The notes below the pieces were generated by a model that was given only the letters and a program-made list of their open reading frames with translations, did no database searches and was not told where the DNA came from. The translations under genes and the position numbers were made by a program. DNA of 63,962 nucleotides, taken from contig NC_043016.1 of assembly GCF_006345805.1 (NCBI RefSeq), forward strand, positions 28,582,039 through 28,646,000, written 5' to 3'. Positions 60,001-63,962 of the stretch are shown here, in pieces (position 1 is the first letter of the stretch; each line of letters begins with the position of its first letter). Source of the stretch: Octopus sinensis (taxonomy: Eukaryota).

Positions 60001-63000
60001 TATATAAGTGACATAATCATAACCAAATACCCTTACATTGTGACTATTAACTAGAAAAACCTGTCTATATAAGGATAAGCATATATATGTGGCAAGAAGT
60101 TTGCTCTGAAATAATTGAAGAGCTAACCTTGCAATAAACTAGCATTCCATCCAGGAAGGAGTGTTGTCACCTCAATTACTTGCTTGGTTTTCCAGCTTTA
60201 TGAGTCCTGTGGTTCATGACAAGCCTAAGAGATCTTGATCTTGATGGTTCTACAAAATGGTTTCACAGCCAGACATTCTGTCAGATATAATCAAACTAAT
60301 GTAAAATGTCTAATTGTTTAGTTCCTTAATTTCAATGGTGTATGAAGAATTATTTAAGACTGCTTTCTAAATGGTCCTTAGAATATATCATTATTAATTT
60401 ATGGCTTACTAAAATCTGCAACTTTGATTTTTATTTACTTCAAGGCACCACTCCATCCTCTGAAGAGAACAGTCCATTTCAGCAAGATAAAGAGAGGCTT
60501 TTCGATCGTCAAGCCTCTCAGGCTGATGCCGCCCGTCCATTCTTGCAAGCTCTCGCTGAAGGTAAACTTCAAGACCCTTCCGTTAAGGCCATCCTGTCTC
60601 TTATAGAAAGATATTCAAAACAGCAGCACAACAATATACGAATCGAATTTCCTCCTGATCATCCTGTAGAAGAAGTCAGCCGGTGAGTAAACATTGCTAG
60701 TTTCTGCATTTCTCCCCACTCTCACAGACCCTGGTTGTCTCTTTTTCTTGCAGCCATTGTCACCCCAGCTCTTGCAGCCTCTCATTGCCTCTCTCCTCTC
60801 ACAACTCCCACTACCTTTCTGAACAAATCATCTTCCATTTCTCACAGGGTCTCATCAACTACTACATCTTGCAGCTTCCATCACCTCCCCACTCTTTGCC
60901 CCCCACACTACCTGTCCCCACTTTACACCCTGTTGCCTTCCCCTCTTCACAACATTTTTCATCCATTTTTCACCCTTAATGGTTCTTCATCTTTGTACCC
61001 TCTCAATGTATTGTTGTTTACTTACTGTGACTCTTTGCATATTTTCATACCTGCCAATGTTAATAAATTACTAATTCTTCTCTTTTATTTTACATTATCA
61101 GTTTGTTCCTGTGTGTACTTCTGAAACATCATGATCTTGGCCATGTTGCTCTGAATCTCATTGATCATGTAAATGAAGATTCCTGTGCCAAGATAGTCTT
61201 GCCACGTGCAATGGTAGAATTGGTGAAAATTGTTGGGCAAGCAAGATGGTCCTTGATTAAAGTAATTAATTTTTTTTATATATACTCAGAATTATTGGAT
61301 TCCTCTAATTTACTTAATCAAGTATTTGTATTAAAAAATTTTTCATCCAACAAGAGCCAGACCCTATTTAAGATAAATACTAAATGGTATGTTTGTGTGT
61401 GTGCGTGTGTATCTGTGTGTGTCTGTGCATGAAACTCAAGTCATGAGACATACTCTCAGCTTCAGTTTCATATCTCCTCCCTGGATAGAATGCCTGTTTT
61501 TCTAGTCTCATCTCTCTCCTGTTTCTTCTTACACTTTTGCTGATTCCCCCCTCTCTCTCTCTCTCTTCCCTCTGCCAGGGTAACCACCTACCTCTTCTAC
61601 AGCAGCACACATATTCTGCCCTCATTCTTGGTCACTCTTTCTCCTCTCTCTCATTCTCTCTCACTGGGTAACCATGTACCTCCTCTCTAGCAAGACATCT
61701 GTTCTGCCTCCTTATTTCTCTGTCACACTCTAAACCTTTTTATCATCTGATACTGGATCACCTCCTCTAATACTCCCTCTATTATAGCAAGACACCTGTT
61801 TCTGCCTCTCTCTCTCTTTGTTACCCTCTAACCTTTTATCTTCTGACATGAGTTTCCCTTCTCAAATGCACCTGCCCCTCTGAAAATTCCTTGTCTTGCA
61901 AGTTACTTGGTGCCGGTGCCACATAAAAAGCATCCAATCCACACTGTAAAGTGGTTGGCATTTGGAAGGATATCCAGCTGTAAAAATCATGCCAAAACAT
62001 TATGTTTAGCTGTAGAACTTGAAGCAAGTAAAGCTATAAAGAATAAAGACCCCCTTTGGTCATGAATGACCATGGGGTTGCACCTAGAAAGTTCCCCTCC
62101 AAAGCATAAATCTGGGCACGGTTGCTTGTGGAAGACCAGCAGCCACATATGCATACCCAGTCTCCCCTCTCCATGCCACCAATGTTATCCAAGAGAAAGT
62201 TTGAGGCCTATACAACTTGGCACCAGTAATGTCACAATTCATTTCTACAGATGAGTGAACTGGAGCAATGTGAAGTAAAGTGTTTTTGCTCAAGAACACC
62301 ACTCACAGCCTGGTCCAAGAATCAAACTCCTAATTGGATGCCCGATACTCTAACTACTGAGCCATGTGCCTTCACTAAAGTTATAAATAATAATAGCATG
62401 TTAACTCTTTTTAGATAAAAAAAAAAAAAAGAAGTCAGAGGCCGCTTGTGAGATATGAATTCACGTCTTCTATAAATCTGACATTCTACCATTGGACCAA
62501 AGTAATACTTTGAAACTCTCTATCCATTTTTGAAGCTTTGTTCTTTCTGATGGGAAATGAATGTTTGCATCAGAAGAATTTGAAAACTTTGAGAGTACAT
62601 GAAATAATTCATTTTTAGGCGTAGAATTTATAGTAAATAAATAAAACTGGAAATAATTGCATGTAATGTATTATTTAATTAATTGACAAGCTAGAAAAAA
62701 ATACAAATATGCAAATGAAGCCACCAACTTGAGGTTAGCTGAATTTATGACTTCTTTATATATATAACAGCTGAATATCCTGTGCTGTGATTTGAGAAAG
62801 AAAGTTGGTAAAACATTCAAGATTCCCCATAAAAATCAAACTTCCCACCTCTTTTTCTGCTCAACAAAATCCTAAAAGGAATGTTCTTACATTTTTATTT
62901 CACTGACAGCCCAACTTTATAATCTTTTAATTTATTTTCATTTTTTCAGATTTGTAAACCTCATAACTCAATACAATTGTTCTTTTGACAATATCTAATC

Positions 63001-63447
63001 ACATAAGAGGAATAGTGAAAAAAAGTTTTGAATAATGTTGAATGATGCAAGTCAAGTTGTAGTGATATTGTGCTGAGGAAGACATTGTCAGTAAATGGAT
63101 TATGATCATAGTCAGGGATGGGATTTGATATAAATGTTGACTACATTGGAACCATATTGGTAACACAATTTCCACTGTTATGAAAATTAAGAAACTCAGT
63201 TTCTGTGATTTTGTCATGTTTTTTTACATGCTATTCTTCTAACTATTTCAGGCACATCAAGACCAAGGACAGTCTTATAAAGAAGTTTGCGCTCCTGTGA
63301 TAGAAAGATGCCATTTTCTTTTTAATGAACTTCGACCAGCAATTGATAATGAAATTAGTGTTCTATCTCGCTCAAAGATTCTGAAGACTATGCCAAGATG
63401 GAAGAACATAATACAAAAAATGATGGATTCAAAGAAGAAATTAAAAA
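19445..63447 (+). CDS. HERC2: HERC2 orthologue (E3 ubiquitin-protein ligase), partial gene model of 24 exons; start exon not found, 3' part outside the window
   Basis: Hand-spliced GT-AG exons are collinear with recalled HERC2 motifs: [65 protein letters not shown]1 repeats, [46 protein letters not shown]. Phases are consistent except the exon at 40588. Confidence 0.97.
19827..20021 (+). CDS. HERC2: HERC2 exon B (Cys-rich segment, then [12 protein letters not shown]), phase 1 to 1
   Basis: tcacag acceptor, gttggt donor; 195 nt open; matches recalled ILDSWVWGKQP. Confidence 0.9.
20520..20780. repeat. 23-bp minisatellite (caccagtcYataccatctccata), about 10-11 units, 5 near-perfect
   Basis: Unit starts at 20594, 20617, 20640, 20663, 20686, 20709. 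Confidence 0.92.
20983..21208 (+). mobile_element. piggyBac-like MITE family 1 (degenerate copy)
   Basis: Homologous to 31551-31777, 33097-33323 and 56085-56309. Confidence 0.65.
22505..22760 (+). mobile_element. SINE family D (partial); minus-strand copies at 31190-31510, 38085-38420, 62045-62375
   Basis: Shared gctccagttcactcagctgtagaaatgagttgc...ctgctggtcttccataaaca...ctaggtgcaatc; complete copies carry a tRNA-like head. Confidence 0.85.
22921..23140 (+). CDS. HERC2: HERC2 exon C ([13 protein letters not shown]...[16 protein letters not shown]), phase 1 to 2
   Basis: Poly-T + ctacag acceptor, gtaggc donor; not in the ORF track because it has no start codon. Confidence 0.93.
23664..23924 (+). 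CDS. HERC2: HERC2 exon D ([27 protein letters not shown]...), phase 2 to 2
   Basis: ctacag / gtaagt; near-identical to the recalled HERC2 motif. Confidence 0.97.
24095..24480 (-). repeat. About 2.5 tandem copies of a ~160-bp unit, inverted relative to 12945-13200
   Basis: ctggaacatctttgattata...ctagatac...tgaataaaag recurs near 24110, 24270 and 24420. Confidence 0.75.
25502..25820 (+). CDS. HERC2: HERC2 exon E ([15 protein letters not shown]...[11 protein letters not shown]), phase 2 to 0
   Basis: tgcag / gtaagc; 319 nt. Confidence 0.95.
26269..26433 (+). CDS. HERC2: HERC2 exon F (SPTECFLRY...[18 protein letters not shown]), phase 0 to 0
   Basis: ttttatag / gtgatt; 165 nt. Confidence 0.94.
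27882..28058 (+). CDS. HERC2: HERC2 exon G, start of RLD1 ([12 protein letters not shown]), phase 0 to 0
   Basis: ttaacag / gtaagt; 177 nt. Confidence 0.9.
28240..28325. repeat. (CT)n microsatellite; many other (TA)n, (CA)n, (ATT)n and (CAT)n tracts throughout
   Basis: Seen directly. Confidence 0.95.
30135..30286 (+). CDS. HERC2: HERC2 exon H, RLD1 ([17 protein letters not shown]), phase 0 to 2
   Basis: ttttgcag / gttagt; canonical RCC1 repeat. Confidence 0.95.
31551..31777 (-). mobile_element. piggyBac-like MITE family 1
   Basis: TTAA flanks; ttaaccctttagcatt ... aatgctaaaaggttaa termini. Confidence 0.85.
32771..33000 (-). mobile_element. Young, CpG-rich family B SINE; the only clear minus-strand copy
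   Basis: Full head-to-tail match to the family B consensus seen elsewhere. Confidence 0.9.
33326..33787 (-). mobile_element. Full-length SINE family A truncating a piggyBac-like MITE (33097-33323)
   Basis: Collinear with 18949-19372. Confidence 0.9.
34192..34451 (+). CDS. HERC2: HERC2 exon I, RLD1 ([16 protein letters not shown]), phase 2 to 1
   Basis: cttgtag / gtaaat; 260 nt. Confidence 0.95.
35864..36029 (+). CDS. HERC2: HERC2 exon J, RLD1 ([13 protein letters not shown]...CGSQFCLAL), phase 1 to 2
   Basis: tattag / gtaagt; degenerate RCC1 repeat; absent from the ORF track. Confidence 0.92.
36043..36270 (+). mobile_element. piggyBac-like MITE family 2, 14 nt downstream of the exon J donor
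   Basis: ttaaccctctcgttac ... gtaatgaaagggttaa; reverse-oriented copy at 42629-42858. Confidence 0.88.
36891..36947. mobile_element. 57-bp foldback insertion with 10-bp TSD
   Basis: tgatgatctt at 36881-36890 and 36948-36957; first 47 nt identical to 46942-46988. Confidence 0.8.
37665..37935 (+). CDS. HERC2: HERC2 exon K, RLD1 ([21 protein letters not shown]...IACNQTQ), phase 2 to 0
   Basis: ttaatcag / gtatgt; 271 nt. Confidence 0.95.
38085..38420 (-). mobile_element. Full-length SINE family D
   Basis: Head ggcgcatggctcagtggtttagagcg (minus strand) through the conserved tail. Confidence 0.88.
38540..38911 (-). mobile_element. Full-length SINE family A
   Basis: Collinear with the other family A copies. 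Confidence 0.9.
40588..40787 (+). CDS. HERC2: HERC2 exon L ([15 protein letters not shown] / MPFVVDVC...[10 protein letters not shown]...LLNLQ), containing an apparent 1-nt deletion
   Basis: ctacag / gtatgt. Length is 200 nt although both flanking junctions are phase 0; homology switches frame at 40630-40632. Confidence 0.92.
41531..41759 (+). CDS. HERC2: HERC2 exon M ([12 protein letters not shown]...[20 protein letters not shown]), phase 0 to 1
   Basis: tatttcag / gtaagt; 229 nt. Confidence 0.95.
42629..42858 (-). mobile_element. piggyBac-like MITE family 2
   Basis: ttaaccccttcgttac ... gtaacgaaagggttaa; reverse complement of 36043-36270. Confidence 0.88.
43160..43392 (-). mobile_element. 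RLE-type LINE fragment (knuckle-to-endonuclease region)
   Basis: [36 protein letters not shown] across frameshifts. Confidence 0.65.
44034..44585. mobile_element. ~550-bp GC-richer element of unknown class embedded in (TTA)n
   Basis: Sharp composition change with (tta)n on both sides; single copy here, but it resembles an Octopus interspersed repeat as I recall it. Confidence 0.5.
44674..44810 (+). CDS. HERC2: HERC2 exon N ([20 protein letters not shown]), phase 1 to 0
   Basis: ttatcag / gtaatt; 137 nt. Confidence 0.94.
45309..45510. mobile_element. MITE with ~40-bp imperfect TIRs, superfamily unassigned
   Basis: tggtattaggacaaaatctcccctggacaaaat... versus ...attttgtcctcaggggtgattttcttctgatacca; no clear TSD. 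Confidence 0.7.
46442..46611 (+). CDS. HERC2: HERC2 exon O (...[11 protein letters not shown]), phase 0 to 2
   Basis: ctgtacag / gtaaga; 170 nt. Confidence 0.9.
46942..47067. mobile_element. 126-bp foldback insertion with 12-bp TSD
   Basis: ataaaagttcct at 46930-46941 and 47068-47079; 44-bp inverted repeat 46974-47017 / 47025-47068. Confidence 0.88.
47375..47562 (+). CDS. HERC2: HERC2 exon P ([15 protein letters not shown]), phase 2 to 1
   Basis: attccag / gtatac; 188 nt. Confidence 0.92.
47788..48193 (-). mobile_element. Full-length SINE family A
   Basis: Collinear with the other family A copies. Confidence 0.88.
48504..48659 (+). CDS. HERC2: HERC2 exon Q (GSVLRKY...DVLPVAA...DVTG), phase 1 to 1
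   Basis: gtttcag / gtaaat; 156 nt. Confidence 0.93.
48752..48952. repeat. ~200-bp C/T-rich (TCC/ATCC-type) low-complexity tract
   Basis: Seen directly. Confidence 0.9.
49540..49634. repeat. 95-bp strictly alternating purine-pyrimidine (TG/CG/TA) tract
   Basis: Seen directly. Confidence 0.9.
49703..49888 (+). CDS. HERC2: HERC2 exon R (GVLLPEIV...[10 protein letters not shown]...LLWPG), phase 1 to 1
   Basis: tatttcag / gtaagt; 186 nt. Confidence 0.94.
50200..51000 (+). mobile_element. 5'-truncated RTE-clade LINE (ORF2 C-terminus + pyrimidine-rich 3' region)
   Basis: MLRWMCN...LREKLG...[12 protein letters not shown]; homologous to 4005-5033. Confidence 0.85.
51130..51312 (+). CDS. HERC2: HERC2 exon S, cytochrome b5-like domain ([26 protein letters not shown]), phase 1 to 1
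   Basis: ctttcag / gtattt; 183 nt; not in the ORF track. Confidence 0.93.
54185..54628 (-). mobile_element. 5'-truncated RTE LINE with intact last 39 codons, 3' UTR and (GAT)n tail
   Basis: [39 protein letters not shown] directly upstream of the aagggcatc family sequence. Confidence 0.88.
54706..54794 (+). CDS. HERC2: HERC2 exon T, end of b5-like domain (RDPASVF...FLVGNYVD), phase 1 to 0
   Basis: Long pyrimidine tract + cag / gtaagt; 89 nt. Confidence 0.85.
56085..56309 (+). mobile_element. piggyBac-like MITE family 1
   Basis: ttaaccctttagcatt ... aatgctaaatggttaa. Confidence 0.85.
57284..57548 (+). CDS. HERC2: HERC2 exon U ([19 protein letters not shown]...[12 protein letters not shown]), phase 0 to 1
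   Basis: aaacag / gttagt; 265 nt. Confidence 0.95.
60445..60682 (+). CDS. HERC2: HERC2 exon V (PFLQALAEG...[12 protein letters not shown]), phase 1 to 2
   Basis: ttacttcaag acceptor (AAG), gtgagt donor; 238 nt. Confidence 0.92.
61102..61261 (+). CDS. HERC2: HERC2 exon W ([12 protein letters not shown]...SLIK), phase 2 to 0
   Basis: ttatcag / gtaatt; 160 nt. Confidence 0.94.
62045..62375 (-). mobile_element. SINE family D
   Basis: Collinear with 38085-38420. Confidence 0.85.
63252..63447 (+). CDS. HERC2: HERC2 exon X ([29 protein letters not shown]...PRW), phase 0 to 1
   Basis: tatttcag / gtaatt; 196 nt; not in the ORF track. Confidence 0.95.
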
Positions 63448-63962
63448 GTAATTAAAATTTTTTTGTTTGCATAAAAATTCCTTCTCTGTTTTGCATGTTC
63501 ATGTCAAGGATGTTATCGTTTCTTTTTTGTTTTATTGTGTTATAGAATACAAAGAAAGAATTGATTTTATTTTGTGTAGTGACCTTCACCCTGAACTGTA
63601 GCACTCGAATGTGGGTGATTTAGAATAGTGATAGTGATAGAATATGCTTACCATCCAGCCCATGCTAACATGGACATTGAATGATAATGATGATTTAAAT
63701 GTCTAACTCATCAACACAACCTGGCAAATCATTAGACTGCAACCATGCTGCGGTACCGCCCTGTTACAAATTTTTCATCCTAAGCCAAATGTTATTTAAA
63801 AATTTTAGTTATCTTTAATTATCAAGACAACGGATTAATTATAATGCTGTCTGGTGAGGCGAATAGTCAATCTCAGCTAGTTATCATTTGATTGGAAAAT
63901 GTCATAGTGTGAGAATGCTGTGTTTATCAAGGTTCCAGATTTTATAGATATTCTAGACGCTA

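Noticed and set aside
1-63962. tRNA, rRNA, CRISPR or prokaryotic/viral systems
   Set aside because: tRNA-like segments are SINE heads without a full cloverleaf; no rRNA, no repeat-spacer array and no long intronless ORFs were seen.

Overview
AT-rich, microsatellite-dense animal genomic DNA. The SINE/LINE families look like those of Octopus (a coleoid cephalopod); this is from recall, not a database search. The main content is the 5' third of a + strand HERC2 orthologue (giant HECT E3 ubiquitin ligase). I traced 24 GT-AG exons by hand from 19445 to 63447 (4701 nt, about 1567 codons). They cover the N-terminal region, RCC1-like domain 1 (RLD1), a cytochrome b5-like domain and the region up to about human residue 1590; the gene continues past the window. 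All junction phases fit except one 200-nt exon (40588-40787) that lacks one base. The ATG exon was not found. Upstream, five small phase-compatible exons (5365-16083) may encode the C-terminus of an unrecognised gene or an N-terminal extension of HERC2. The rest is transposon debris: tRNA-headed SINEs, RTE/CR1/RLE LINE fragments, mariner, piggyBac-like and other MITEs, and a Helitron nested in a mariner. Best leads: (1) the hidden upstream exon chain; (2) RLD1 consensus Gly/Arg positions whose codons could be restored by A-to-I editing; (3) tiny TSD-flanked foldback insertions forming long intronic dsRNA hairpins; (4) the 1-nt frameshift; (5) a Helitron inserted at a target resembling its own 5' end; (6) a six-Cys motif that I do not recall in vertebrate HERC2. 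Comparisons with human HERC2 come from my recollection of its sequence and need a real alignment.
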